Below are positions 1 to 13,382 of a stretch of DNA of 64,000 bases, piece by piece; the stretch's first letter is position 1; each line of letters opens with the position of its first letter. The notes below the pieces were generated by a model. The model did not search any database and was not told where the DNA came from. It worked only from the letters and a program-made list of their open reading frames with translations. The stretch lies in assembly GCF_009914755.1 (NCBI RefSeq), contig NC_060946.1, one strand, 5' to 3'. The translations under genes and the position numbers were made by a program. Source of the stretch: the human T2T-CHM13v2.0 reference genome, Homo sapiens.

Positions 1-297
1 CCCCAGTGTAATGCTATAAGGAGATAGGTTGTAATTAACTCCTGAGGTTGAGGCCATCATGATTGAGATTACTGGCTTTATACAGGAAAGCCCAGAGGGA
101 TGTCTATCTCCTTCTACCAAATGAGAATAAAATTTGATGTGTGCAGTCTGAAATTCAGAAGAGTCATCACCAGAGCTCAACCATGCTGATACCCTGATCT
201 CAAATTTCCAACCTCTAGGAGTGTGAGAAATTAAATCCTGTTGTCTATAAGCTGTCTAGTTCATGGTTCTTTGGTATAGCAGCCTGAACTAATACAA
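1..297 (+). mobile_element. MaLR LTR (MLT1A-like), 3' part
   Basis: Ends with the MLT1-type terminus ...ttctttggtatagcagcctgaactaataca and contains 'accctgatctcaaatttccaacctctag'. Confidence 0.7.
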
Positions 298-333
298 AGT
301 CATACACTATTCTGTATTCCATTTGACAGAAGC

Positions 334-836
334 TGAATTTGTGCCTTCAAACTGTTAAAAAAAAAAAAGACTTTAAAAATTGGATATTCAGAATGAAAGA
401 TAAGAAACAGCTTGTTGAAACACTTAAATCTCCTCTGCTTATAAGATTTTAAAAAATTGGCTGAAATATGTTGGAAGCAATATGGCCAACTGAAGTCCAT
501 GGAGAATGAGTTTGCTGATGTTAGAGCCCAAATTTCCGTTGCATGTTTCATATTAACTCTCCCTGAATATTCATGTGACCTGTGAGGAAGCAAGAGGAGA
601 TGACTGTGCATGTCTCATGACTTTCCATATTACTACTTTCCTTCCAGCAATCCCCTCCTAATCCAGAGCCCACTTCTTAAGCATTTTTTAATCAACACCT
701 TAAAGCCTATATAAGGAAACTGATTTGAGCTGGACTCCTATCTCCTGTTGGCCAACCTACAACAAGATGCCATTTTTCTCAAAACCCAAGTGCCATACTA
801 CAGGCATCGAGCAGTAGGTCATTTTGTTCAATAACA
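334..836 (+). mobile_element. ERV LTR (LTR47/MER72-like), solo
   Basis: Ends ...ctcaaaacccaagtgccatac...ttttgttcaataaca and aligns by eye with the element at 15.5-16.0 kb. It splits the older MLT1 sequence 'gacagaa|gagtcactaacc'. Confidence 0.55.
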
Positions 837-957
837 AACTGAGTCACTAACCACCTAGTGCTGGGAGACTTTGTGAAGGCTTTCCCCAACTTAGGTGAGA
901 TAAGGCACATGGATATAATTCTATATATAATAAGAAGTCACTAGAAAGTTTAATAGT

Positions 958-1298
958 TGTATTAGTCCATTTTTATACCGCAATGATGGAATACCTGGGA
1001 CTGGGTAATTTATAAAGAAAAGAGGTTTAATTGACTCACAGTTCCACAAGATTGGGTGGGGGAGGCTCAGAAACCTTCCAATTATGGTGGTCAACAAGTG
1101 AAGTGAGTGAGAGCAGGGGATACACCAGAAGCTTATGAAACCATCAGATCTCATGAGAACTCACTCACTATCACAAGAACAGCATGAGAAAAACCCGTCC
1201 CCATAATCCAATCAACTCCCCTCAGGTTTCTCCCTTAACACCTGGAGGTTATAATACAAAATGAGGTTGGGGTGGGGACACACAGCTAAACCACATCA
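958..1298 (-). mobile_element. MaLR LTR (THE1D/MSTA-like), solo
   Basis: tgtattagtcc...gggtaatttataaagaaaagaggtttaattgactcacagttcc...ccatcagatctcatgagaactcactcactatcac...aaaccacatca. Confidence 0.9.
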
Positions 1299-1344
1299 AT
1301 GCCAGAGGATGATATCTACATTTAATTTCAACCTCGTATTGCAG

Positions 1345-1975
1345 CAGAATGAAACTGAAGCCCAGTGGGGAAGTGACTTTCCCAAGATTACACTGCTGGA
1401 CCCCAGGCCTACCTGAGTTGTGGCCCATGCTACCTCCCACCTATTCTCCTAATGCTTCCATCTCTAAGTGTGTGCATTATTTACAGGTGAAACTACACCA
1501 CGATTTTTACATTTTGTCTTATATACATCTGATACATTCCCTAGGAAGTAGATAACATTATCCCCACTGTGCACGCTAGGAGGCTGGGGAAGCCTCAAAT
1601 ACACAGTGACTTTTATTAGGTCCCAGAGATGGTAAGAAAAACAAGGTTATTTTCCAGCTGTCTCTTATATCCTGGAACCCAGGATGCATTTAGGTCTTTC
1701 CAGGGAATTAAGGGGAAGTTGTGTTTGCATAATTGTGTACAAATAAAGAGTTGACATGGAAGAGGAGACTGAGCAATCAGTAGCATAGTGGGGCCTTTGG
1801 GTAGGTCTTATAGAAAGAAGGGGCCCAGTAGATGGAACCTTGAAGACTTCAACACACTTTCCTGGTGACAGAACCCCACAGCAGTTAAGAAACCAGGAAC
1901 CCACATTCTTGAGACAGCTCTGTATCCACTTCTGTTGGTGAGAGATGCTCAAGAGAGTGAGATGTCCTTTCATTG
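1345..1975. repeat. Diverged duplicated block, copy A (contains MIR remnants); paralog at ~12360-13005
   Basis: Collinear shared words: gacttt-caagatt, ctctaagt, atccccactgtgca, tttgcataattgtg, gtaggtcttat, cacattct, ctcaagagag. Confidence 0.8.
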
Positions 1976-2390
1976 TGCCTTGATATTTCTGAGTTCTAGC
2001 CTTACAAAGCCTCAATGTAAAAGCCTTCTCTGATAACACAGATATCAACTCAGCCCTCATCCCTCATACCCCTGGCCATTGGCCAAGTGCACCTACAGAT
2101 AACACAGAGCAGCCCAGGACATGTCCATCGAGGCCAGGCCTCTCTCATCATCTCATCTGGGCAGCCCCACGCCACTTCTTTGTACCATGAGTTGCAGGAT
2201 GGACAAAAGAGAGGGCACTCTTCTTGGGCAGAAGCCGATTGTCAGGTGTTAGAACTCTTGTGTGTCTGTTATGTTCATATTCAGGTCAGAGCTGGCAGAA
2301 TAAAAATAAGAGAGTTGGGGACTGAGTCTGTATACTCAGATGTGAATAGCAAGACTCTAACCTGATCTCTGGTTTCCTTCCTTGCTGGAG

Positions 2391-5300
2391 ATTTATTTAT
2401 TTATTTATACTTTAAGTTCTGGGATACATGTGCAGAATGTGCAGACATGTTACATAGTTTTATATTTGCCATGGTGGTTTGCTGCATCTATCAAACTGTC
2501 AGCTAGGTTTTAAGCCCCACATATATTAGATATTTGTCCTAATGCTCTCCTTCACTTTGCCCCCTGACAAGCCCTGATGTGTGATGTTCCCCTCCCTGTG
2601 TCCATGTGTTTTCATTGTTCAAATTTCACTTATGAGTGAGAACATGTGGTGTTTGGTTTTCCGTTCCTGTTAGTTTGCTGAGAATGATGGCTTCCAGCTT
2701 CCTCCATATCCCTGCAATCTGAGGTCTCTGTTCTGTTCCATCGGTCTATATATCTGTTTTGGTACCAGTGTGACTTCCTCTCTTCCTATTTGCATACCCT
2801 TTATTTCTTTCACTTGCCTGATTACCCTGGCCAGAACTTCCAATACTATCTTGAATAGGAGTGCTGAGGGAGGACATCCTAGTCTTGTGCTGGTTTTCAA
2901 AGGGAATGCTTCCGGCACTTGCCTATTAAGTATGATATTGGCTAGGGGTTTGTCATAAACAGCTCTGATTATTTCGAGACTTTTTCCGTCAATACGTAGT
3001 TTATTTAGAGGTTTTAACATGAAGTGATATTAAATTTAATCAAAGGCCTTTTGTGCATCTATTGAGAAAATCCTGTGGTTTCTGTCATTGGTTCTGTTTA
3101 TGTGATGGATTACATTTATTAATTTGCATACGTTGAACCAGCCTTGAATCCCAGGGATGAAGCTGATGTGATCATGGTGGATAACATTTTCGATGTGCTG
3201 CTGGTTTCAGTTTGCCAGTATTTTATTGAGGATTTTTACATCGATGTTCATCAGGGATATTGGCCTGAAATTTTTGTTGCGGTTGTGTCTTTGCGAGGTT
3301 TTGGTATCAGAATGATGCTGACCTCATAAAATGAATTAGGGAGGAGTCCCTCCTTTTCAATTGTTTGGCATAGTTTAAGAAGAAATGTTACCAGCTGCTC
3401 TTTACGCTTCTGGTAAAATTCGGCTGTGAATCCATCTGGTTCTGAGCGTTTTTTTATTTGTAGGCTATTAATTACTGCCTCAATTTCAGAACTTGTTATT
3501 GGTCTATTCAGGGATTCAACTTCTTCCTGGCTTAGTCTTGGGAAAGTGTATGTGTCCAGAAATTTATCCATTTCTTCTATATTTTCTAGTTTATTTGTGT
3601 GGAGACGTCTATAGTATTCTCTCATGGTAGTTTTTATTTCTGTGGAATCAGTGGTGATATCCTGTTTATCATTTTTTAATGTGTCTATTTGATTCTTCTC
3701 TCTTTTCTTCTTTATTAATCTAGCTAGTGGTCCATCTGTTTTGTTAATCTTTTCAAAAAACCAACTAGTGGAGTCATTGATTTTGAACAGTTTTTCTTGT
3801 CTCTATCTCCTTCAGTTCTGCTCTGATCTTAGTTGTTTCTTTCCTTCAGCTACTTTTTGAATTTGTTTCCTCTTGATTCTCTAGTTGTTTTAATTGTGAT
3901 GTTAGGGTGTCGATTTCAGATCATTCCAGCTTTCTGTTGTGGGCATTTAGTGCTAGCATATCCCCTCTTAAAACTGCTTTAGCTGTGTCCAAGAGATTCT
4001 GGTACATTGTCTCTTTGTTCTCATTTGTTTCAAAAACCTTAATTTCTCTCTTAATTTTGTCATTTACTCAGTAGTCGTTCAGGAGCAGGTTGTTCAATTT
4101 CCATGTATTTATGTGGTTTTGAGTGAGTTTCTTAATCCTGAGTTCTGATTTGATTGCACTGTGGTCTGAGAGACAGTTTGTTATGGTTGCCATTCTTTTC
4201 CATTTGTTGAGGAGTGTTTTGCTTCCAATTATGTGGTCAATTCTAGAATATGTGCTATGTGGCATGGAGAAGAATGTATATTCTGTTCGTCTGGCATGGA
4301 GAGTTCTGTAGTTGTCTATTAGGTCCGCTTAGTGCAGAGCTGATTTCAAATCCTGAATATCCTTGTTAATTTTCTGTCTCATTGATCTCTCTAATATTGG
4401 CAGTGGGGTGTTAAAACTTCCCAGTGTTATTGTGTGGGAGTCTACGTCTCTTTATAGGTCTCTAAGAACTTGTTTTATGAATCTCAGTGCTCCTCTGTTG
4501 GGTAGGTATATATATAGGATAGTTAGCTCTTCTTGTTGCATTGATCCCTTTACCTTTATGTAGTGCCCTTCTTTGTCTTTTTTCATCTTGGTTTAAAGTC
4601 TGTTTTACAAGAAACTAGGATTGAAACCTTGCTTTTTTTGTTGTTGTTGTTGCTTTTTTTGCTTTCCATTTGCCATTTCTCCTTCCCTTTATTTTAAGCC
4701 TATGTGTGTCTTTGCATGTGAGATGTGTCTCCTGAATATAGCACACCAAAGATTCTTGACTGTTTAACCAATTTGCCAGGCTCTGTCTCTTAATTGAGGT
4801 ATTTAGCCCACTTATATTTATGGTTAATATTGTTATGTGTGAATTTGATCCTGTTATCATGATGCTAGCTGGTTATTTTGCACATTCTTTGATGCAGTTT
4901 TTTCATAGTATCGATTGGTCTTTATATTTTGGTGTGGTTTTGCAGTGGTGAACCATATTTTCCTTTCCATATTTAGTGTTTCCTTCAGGAGATTTTGTAA
5001 GGCATGCCTGGTGGTGACATAATCCCTCAGCATTTGCTTGTCTGTGAAGGACTTTATTTCCCCTTTGCTTTTGAAGATTAGTTTGGCTGGATATGAAATT
5101 CTGAGTTGAAAATTATTTTATTTAAGAATGTTGAATATTGGCCCCCACTCTCTTCTGGCTTCTAGAGTTTCTGCAAAGAGATCTGCTGTTAGTCTGATGG
5201 GCCTCCATTTGTAGGTAACCTGACTTCTCTCTCTGTCTGCCCTTAACATTATTTCCTTCATTTCAACCTTGGAGAGTCTGGCGATTATGTGTCTTGGAGT

Positions 5301-6577
5301 TGCTCTTCTCGAGGAGTATCTTAGTGATGTTCTCTGTATTTCCTGAATTTGAATGTTGGCCTGTCTTGCTAGGTTGAGGAAGTTCTCCTGGATAATATCC
5401 TAAAGTTTGTTTTCTAGCTTGGATCCATTCTTCCCGTCACTTTGAGGTATACCAATCAATCGTAGGTTTGGTCTTTTCACATAGTCCCATATAACTTAAA
5501 GGCATTGTTTAGCTCCATCAGGCCATTTATGTTTCTCTCTAAGCTGGTTATTCTAGTTAGCAGTTCCCATAACCTTTTATCAAGATACTTAGCTTCTTTG
5601 CATTGTGTTAGAACATACTTCTTTAGCTCAGAGGAGTTTATTATTACCCACCTTCTGAAGACTACTTCTGTCAATTCTTCAATCTCATTCTCCATCCAGT
5701 TTTGTGTCATTACTGGAGAGGTGTTGTGATCATTTGGAGGAGAAAAGGCATTCTTGTTTCTGGAATTTTTGGCATTTTTGTGCTGTTTTTTCCTCATCTT
5801 CATGGATTTATCTACTTTCAATCTTTGGGGCTGATGACATTTGGATGGGGTTTTTTTTGGGGGGGTCCTTTCTGTTGATGTTGATGTTGTTGCTTTCTGC
5901 TTGTTAGTTTTTCTTCTAACAGCAAGGTTCTTCTGCAGGTCCAGTGCAGTTTGCTGGAGTTCCAATCCAGACCCTGTTCACCTGGGTGTCACCAGTAAAG
6001 GCTGCAGAACAGCAAAGATTGCTGCCTTCTCCTTCTTCTGGAAATTTCATCCCAGGAGGATACTCGCCCAATGCCAACTGGAGCCCTTTTGTATGAGGTG
6101 TCTGTCAACCCCTGTTAGGAGGTTTCTCCCAGTCAGGAGTCACGGGGAACCCACTTGAGGAGACAGTCTGTCTCTTAGCAGAGCTGGTGCACTGTGCTGG
6201 CAGAATCCCTCTAGTCAAAATCAGCTGCTCTCTTCAGAGCCAGCAGGCAGGAATGATGAAATCCACTGAAGCTGCACCCACAGCCTCCCCTTCCCCCATG
6301 TGCTCTGTCCCAGGGAGATAGAGGTTTTCTGTGTAAGCCTCTGACTAGGGCTGTTACCTTTCCTTCAAATATGACCTGCCCAATGAGGAGGACTCTAAAG
6401 AAGCAGTCTGCCACAGCCACTTTGCTGCACCCAACCCGGACCTTCCAGCCTCCTTGGCACTGTCAGGGGAAAACTGTCTACTAAAGCCTCAGTAATGGTG
6501 GACTCCACTCCCTCCAACTGACCTCAATTGGCCCAGGTCAACTTCAGACTGCTGTGCTGGCAGCGAGAATTTCAGGA
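2391..6577 (-). mobile_element. L1PA7/8-like LINE-1, near full-length with internal deletions; ORF1/ORF2 disrupted
   Basis: 3' UTR/T-rich tail at 2391; ORF2 remnants (2670-3020, 3251-3625, 4068-4265, 4615-4860 EN start MITGSNSHITILT); ORF1 remnant 5477-5965; 5' UTR to ~6577. Confidence 0.93.
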
Positions 6578-6942
6578 TGAGGAACGCATTAGCTGTTTGT
6601 GATTTTCATGTCTGTTGCAGGGATTTGACCCATTGTTAGTGCTAGATTTGGAGTCTTAAAAAACAGATTTATCTTACTGAACTCAAAGTACAACTTGAAG
6701 ATGTACTCAGCTGTTTACTTAAATTGCAGCAGGAGAAAATGTATCTTTGCAGATCTATTTTTATGTCACTTGCTTTTAGACACGAGATTGTCTCTGGCAC
6801 AGTAATTCAACTTAGTCTATGTCAAAAACATAGCCTGAAAATGCTCAAAAAAAATTATGAATAGCGGATTGTATTCTATGTGTTCTCAAATTTCTTCTAT
6901 GATGTAAAATATATAACATAATGTTTTACCTTGGATTTCTAA

Positions 6943-7267
<325 letters not shown>

Positions 7268-9439
7268 CCACTTTCCCAAACTATTAAAAGACCTTCCAAG
7301 GTGGGTCAAAAGCATTTTTCAGAGAAGATTATTCCTAACAGTAAAGGATAATAACAGATGGATAAAAATCTCAAATAAATTATGCCTCTATTTGCAGAAG
7401 CGTCACTCTCCAGAGTCTCCAAGATCCAGAGAATTTCCATGAGGTAGAGTAGTTTATGGACATTTAGCAAAGTTGGTCCTGACTGCTGTCTCAGCCTCTT
7501 AATAGATGTGCAGCTATAGACAATTTACTGGACTTAGAACAGTTATATAAACCTGGGCTGCAAGAAAACGGATAACACTGATTGCAAGAATGGCAACCAC
7601 TTCTCATTCCTCTCTGATCTGGGCCCTCTGCAATGTACACTTGAGGCTGCTTCCATGGAGGGAAAGATTTTCTTTTCCCAAATCTTGGATCTGGCTGGCC
7701 TTATTTGCTCTGCCTCATTCATACTTTTTGTTCTAATAAAATAATTAAGATGTTTAGCGTCTCATCCCAGCCTTTATCTTGTTAAAACTATATCTTATAA
7801 TATGTCATCTCTCTTTACTATATTTGGTTATATTCATTCTATTCAATACTCAGGTAATTTTTTATCTCTGTTTAATTTAGTGTTTCACCTATACCTTGTC
7901 CTAATTTTTTTATTCTTTACATTCTACCGAGCTGTGATTCAAATATGATATTTGAATATGGAAAATGGTGGCCTAGTTTTTCTTCAGAAATTTCTTTTTA
8001 TTTACTTGTGTTCTTTAGTTTTTAACTTGGTTCCAATATTTGGGAAATATCACATTTGAGATGTCTGTAGTCATGTTATTTCTGTGCTTATTCCATTTTC
8101 CCTTGGAGGAAGGTGGACAGCATACAGACTTGACATCCTTGTGATCTATCAGTATCTGAAGGGACCACTTTTTTTCAGTTTGATTACTTCTCTGGCTTAT
8201 TCTCTTGATTTACTTTAGCTTTCATCAAGTGCTTCTATATTTTTAAACTGTATTCATTATTTTCATAGTTCTTGTAGCTTCTTGAGAACTTTTACTTGTC
8301 TACACTAAAATATTTAAAAATATGTAGCCTTTTCTTCTGAAAGCACAAATATGCAGTGTACACATGAGTAGAATATTTCATAGGCATTGGGCAGCATACA
8401 ACCACATCTTATGAGATATTCCGTTTCTTCATTCAAAACATCTCTCTCAAATATGTAGTAAGAGTCACTTGTAAGGGGTAGTTCTTTTGATACTTAAAAT
8501 TTTCTTTTATGTGCCTTTATGAAAATATATACTTAACTACAGAGAACAGAACTCTGTGCTTCCTTTTAGTATGTCCTTGACCTCACAAAAATAATTCATG
8601 AAATCTTATATTTATTTTATAAATTAATTTAATGAAACAAAATTTGTGCATGGCTAAATATTACTTGTTGAGTACAATTTAGAATTTCTACTGTCATTTT
8701 AGTGTCCTAAAAGATATGAGCTGTTGAATTTCTGCTCTCATAAAATGAATGATATTGTTAGGCCTAAACCCTTGCCATTTACTTTCCCCCTCTGTCATAC
8801 AGTGTGTATCTTTGGTTCACTGCTGAAAAATTTTATTAATTTTTCTCTCTTGCTAGTAGTCATACTTTCTAATAAAGTTATCATTACTTGTGTTTATTTA
8901 GTTACTGTATGTTAAACATTTGATTTCTGATGGTCTTAATGTCATTTAATATAATTGTAAATATTTCAATTTGTCATTATTAACAAATTTCTGTATTATA
9001 TGTTTTAGACTCAGCTATTAAGTATATGTGGGTAAATGACTTAGAATAATTTCTAAAACATTGTAGGGGCTACTAAGTACTAATAACCCTGATTCATTAA
9101 ATTTTTATTCCTTATAATATTCTTTATTGACTAAATTATTTTGTAATCTTATTTAAATTTATTCTTTTCTTTTCTAAATATTTGTGAAAAAGGGGTTAGG
9201 CTAATGTGTCATTTTGATAAAACTTCATGTCAAATGATATGTTTCACTGGTTTCTTTTAGTTGTAATAGCTTTTTTGACTCAGGCAATACATGCAAGTAT
9301 GAAGTCTAAAAATTATAGTCTCAATCCTTAAGCTGAGGAAAAACTTGGCTATTTATTGATTTTAACAAAGCTACATTATCCCACATAATACGTAAAACTT
9401 TCACAAAGCTACATTATCCCACATAACAGGCATACCAGC

Positions 9440-10405
9440 TGTCTAGATCTGGAAACATGGATTGTTACAAATTAGAAGTAAATAACTTGATAGGCCCAAT
9501 TTAACAAATGAAGCTCAAGAAGTGGGAGATATGAGACCTATAATGAAAGATTAAATTATTTTAAAAATCTTACCACAAAGAAAAATCAGAGTCAAATACT
9601 TTAACTGTTAAATTATACAAAATATTTCATAAAAATACCAATCCTTTACAAATACACACCATACATAGATAAGAGATAAACAACCCCTAACTACTTTATG
9701 AGGCCAATATTACTATACCAAAGCCAGACAAACCCATCATGTGTTAGGATTAATATGGGTACATACGGCTGATAAATAAAGACACATAATTCTCAAAAAG
9801 TACTAATAAGTTAAATACAGAAACACGTAAAAGTAATTATACACCATGGCCAAGTACAATCTTTTTACAAATGAAGTGGCTTAATATCTAAAAACCAATA
9901 ATCTAATACACAACATTGATAAAGTGAAGAACATAAAATGATCCTTTTAATAGACACAGAAAAGCTTGTGATACAAACAACACTGATTCATTATAAAATC
10001 CTTAACATACTAGGAAGGAAAAACTTACTGGAACTACTAAAAAGGATTCATAAAAATTTCCCACTAATATTACACTTGCTGATGAAAGACTAGGCTCTTT
10101 GCCTCACAGTTGTGGGAAACAGATAAGCATGGCTACTTTCGCTACTCTACTAAATTGAACTAAAGGTGTTAGGCAGAGAAATTATATAATAAAAACAAAT
10201 AAAACTTCTAAATTTATAAAATAAACTTTTATTGTAAATGGCATCAACTTATATTCAAGAATTTTTAAAGAGTTTACAAAAATCAACTGGAACTAATAAA
10301 TGAGTTCAGCAGGTCACAAGATACAAGATAAATGCACAATATTAAATTGCACTTTTATACAGTAACTAAGGGCAATCAGTAAATAAAATTAGAAAAAATA
10401 ATTCT
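9440..10405 (+). mobile_element. Old L1M ORF2 fragment
   Basis: Decayed ORF2 words: tactataccaaagccagacaaa, aatagacacagaaaagcttgtga, aactaataaatgagttcagc, atacaagataaat. Confidence 0.7.
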
Positions 10406-10419
10406 ACTCATTAGCTCAA

Positions 10420-12215
10420 TGTGTAGTGGCTTAAAATTCCAAATATGCATTATGTCTTATTTTCTGTTGGCTACAAATACTGACACAGCTTAGTTGAATG
10501 GGTCTACCACAATGTCCTCATGTGTCCGGAATTGGTCGGTTCTTGGTCTCACTGACTTCAAGAATGAAGCCGCGGACCCTCACGGTGAGTGTTACAGTTC
10601 TTAAAGGCAGCGTGCCTGGAGTTTTTCCCTTCTAATGTCAGCATGTGTTTGGAGTTTCTTTCTTCTGGTGGGTTCGTGGTCTTTCTGGCTCAGGAGTGAA
10701 GCTGCAGACCTTTGTGGTGAGTGTTACAGCTCATAAAGGCAGTGTGGACCCAAAGAGTGAGCAGCAGCAGGATTTATTGCAAAGAGCGAAAGAACAAAGC
10801 TTCCACAGTGTGGATGGGGACCCGAGAGGGTTGCCACTGCTGGCTCGGGCAGCTGCTTTTATTCTCTTATCTGGCCCCACCCACATCCTGCTGATTGGTC
10901 CATTTTACAGAGAGCCAATTGGTCTGTTTTACAGAGAGCTGATTGGTCCCTTTTCACAGGGTGCTGATTGATGCATTTACAATCCTTGAGCTAGACACAA
11001 AGTTCACCACGTCTCTACTAGATTAGCTAGATACAGAGTGTTGATTGGTGTATTTACAAACCCTGAGCTAGACACGGGGTGCTGATTTGTGTGTTTATAA
11101 ACCTTGAGCTAGATACAAAGTGTCGACTGGTGTATTTACAATCCCTTATCTAGACATAAAGTTTCTCCAAGTCCCCACCAGACTCAGGAGCCCAGCTGGC
11201 TTCACCCAGTGGATCCCGCACCAGGGCCGCAGGTGGAGCTGCCTGCCTGCCAGTCACACGCTGTGCTCCCGAACTCCTCAGCCCTTGGGTTGTCGATGGG
11301 ACTGGGTGCCATGGAACAGGGGGTGGAGCTCGTTGGGGAGGCTCGGGCCGCACAGGAGCCCTTGGCAGGAGTGGGGGAGAGGCTCAGGCAAGGCGGGCTG
11401 CAGTTCCCGAGCCCTGCCCCGTGGGGAGGCAGCTAAGGCCTGGCGAGAAGTCGAGCACAGCAGCTGCTGGCCCAGGTGCTGAGCCCCTCACTGCCTGTGG
11501 CTGGCGGGGCCAGCTGGCCGCTCCAAGTGCGGGGCCGCCAAGCCCACGCCCACCCGGAACTCGCGCTGGCCCGGAAGCACCGCGGGCAGCCGCGGTTCCT
11601 GCCCGCTCCCCGCAAGATAAGGGAGCCGGCTCCGGCATTGGCCTGCTGAGAAAGGGGCTCCCACAGTGCAGCGGTGAGCTGAAGGGCTCCTCAAGCGCGG
11701 CCAGAGTGGGCGCCAAGGCCGAGGAGGCACCAAGAGTGAGCGAGGGCTGTGAGGGCTGCCAGCATGCTGTCACCTCTCATTCATGAGACTGAAGCTGTGT
11801 CTCAACTGAAGCTTGACTGGGAAGGATGCACTTCTGAGCTCAATCTGGTTAGTTGTGCATTATTGTTTTGACTCAGTTCTTAGTTTCTTTGTGTCTTTGG
11901 TCAGGGCACTGTCTCCATTCTCTGTCACACAAGCCTGTAAAAATGAAAGCTTAAAACATTGAAGCTCGCTTCTCCAGAGCAAAGTATGCGACAGACAGAG
12001 AGAAAGACAGGAAAAAAGGAAGTAAACAATATCACAAGAGAGAGAAAGTAAGAAGCAAGTGACAATCTTTTCATAATCAAATATTGGCAGTGACATTCCC
12101 TATTTTCCAATGTATTCTACTGCCATGAAGTGAGTCACTAACCACTTACTGTTTACATTTGGGTGTGTATAGTTGGAAATAAAAATTATTATGAGCCATC
12201 ATGAAGGCTGTGCAC
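10420..12215 (-). mobile_element. Old MLT1-family LTR, split by the LTR12 insertion
   Basis: tagtggcttaaaa...cacagcttagttgaatg resumes after the LTR12 as ctgaagcttgactgggaaggatgcacttc...gaagtgagtcactaa. Confidence 0.6.
10521..11779 (-). mobile_element. LTR12 (HERV9) solo LTR
   Basis: Termini tgtgtccggaattgg...gctgtcacctctca; repeated gctgattgg (CCAAT) units at 10890-11130; GC-rich U3; 4-bp TSD ctca/ttca. Confidence 0.95.
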
Positions 12216-12359
12216 TACGTATGCCAAGGTGAGACAAATGGGCCTGATTCTAAATATAACGAGAAGGTACTACAATGTGTGTTGTTGTTATTGTTGTTGT
12301 TCTGGCCAAAGAATAACAACATCTAAATTTTATTCAATTTCAATGTTTTCATGATGGAG

Positions 12360-13005
12360 TTTGAAAAATAAATTCAAGAGGGGACATGACTTTCTCAAGA
12401 TTCAAGTTATAAAACCCAGGCATGTTTGAGAGATATTCAAGCAATGTCCCATCCCTTGTAGTTTCTTTCTCTAAGTTTATGCAGTAGCTGTGTTTAATAT
12501 CAAACCCAACAGTCATGCGTATCATTTTATACATATCTCATGAGATCCCTTGCAGCTGGATGCCACCATAATCCCCACTGTGCAGGCTGTGAGACTGTGG
12601 AGCCCCTGAGAGGCACAATGACATACTTGGCATCACAGAATTAATACATTAAACATAAAGACTTTAACTCAGCTTGTATCCTCAAACTTGTGGCTCTGGC
12701 TGCATTCCATTTCCTCCGGCACTGGTGCAGGAGGTGCTGTATTTGCATAATTGTGCACAAGTAATCAGATGACTTGGGAGAGAATGGTGAGCAGTCAGCA
12801 GTGCAGAAAAGCCTTTGAGTAGGTCTTATTGAAGGAAGATAGGTCTTATTGAAAGAAGAATAATACCTTCAAGAAGTGACCTCATTTCTTTGGTGAAAGG
12901 TCCTAACAGTACTAAGTATTCTGGTAACCAAAAACTCACATTCTAAAGACAGTCCACCATACAGCACTGTTGGCTAGAATCTCTCAAGAGAGAAAGATGT
13001 TCTGC
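12360..13005. repeat. Diverged duplicated block, copy B; paralog of ~1345-1975
   Basis: Same collinear words as copy A; has a private 20-bp tandem duplication at 12820-12859. Confidence 0.8.
12738..12764. promoter_or_regulatory. Octamer (ATTTGCAT) with adjacent Sox-like ATTGTG site, conserved in the paralog at 1720-1746
   Basis: 24/27 identity between copies; function is untested. Confidence 0.35.
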
Positions 13006-13382
13006 TGTATAACAACTTTCTGAGGCTCTTTCTTGTGAGGTTCTGTTCCTCACAAGTAGCACCTTCTAGCTATGTCTTCACACGACAGAAGGGGCATGAA
13101 TATTCCTTTCAACCTCCGTCACACGGGCACTATTATTTTCTCGTTAACATGCAGCCCTCCTGACTTAATAACTTTCTCAAAGTTCTAATAACTAATAGTA
13201 TCACACTGAATCCACGTGTGGATTAAGTTTTTAAATATGAATGTGGAGAGTGAGGAACACAAATATCCAGACCATAGCAAAAAGTTAATAAGCAATAACA
13301 ATTGCAGTGGACAGTATTATTAATGCTTGGGATATGGGAATTTGATGTTTCTATCACAAAGGTTAAAAAATGGTTTATCCTT

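Noticed and set aside
1720-2365. Possible immunoglobulin/TCR V orphon (octamer upstream of an ORF containing ITQSSPG)
   Set aside because: No hydrophobic leader, no conserved Cys/Trp or YYC motif, and no recombination signal sequence.
10645-11786. Cluster of ORFs of up to 129 aa with CpG-island-like composition
   Set aside because: They lie within the GC-rich LTR12 U3/R/U5; not a cellular gene.
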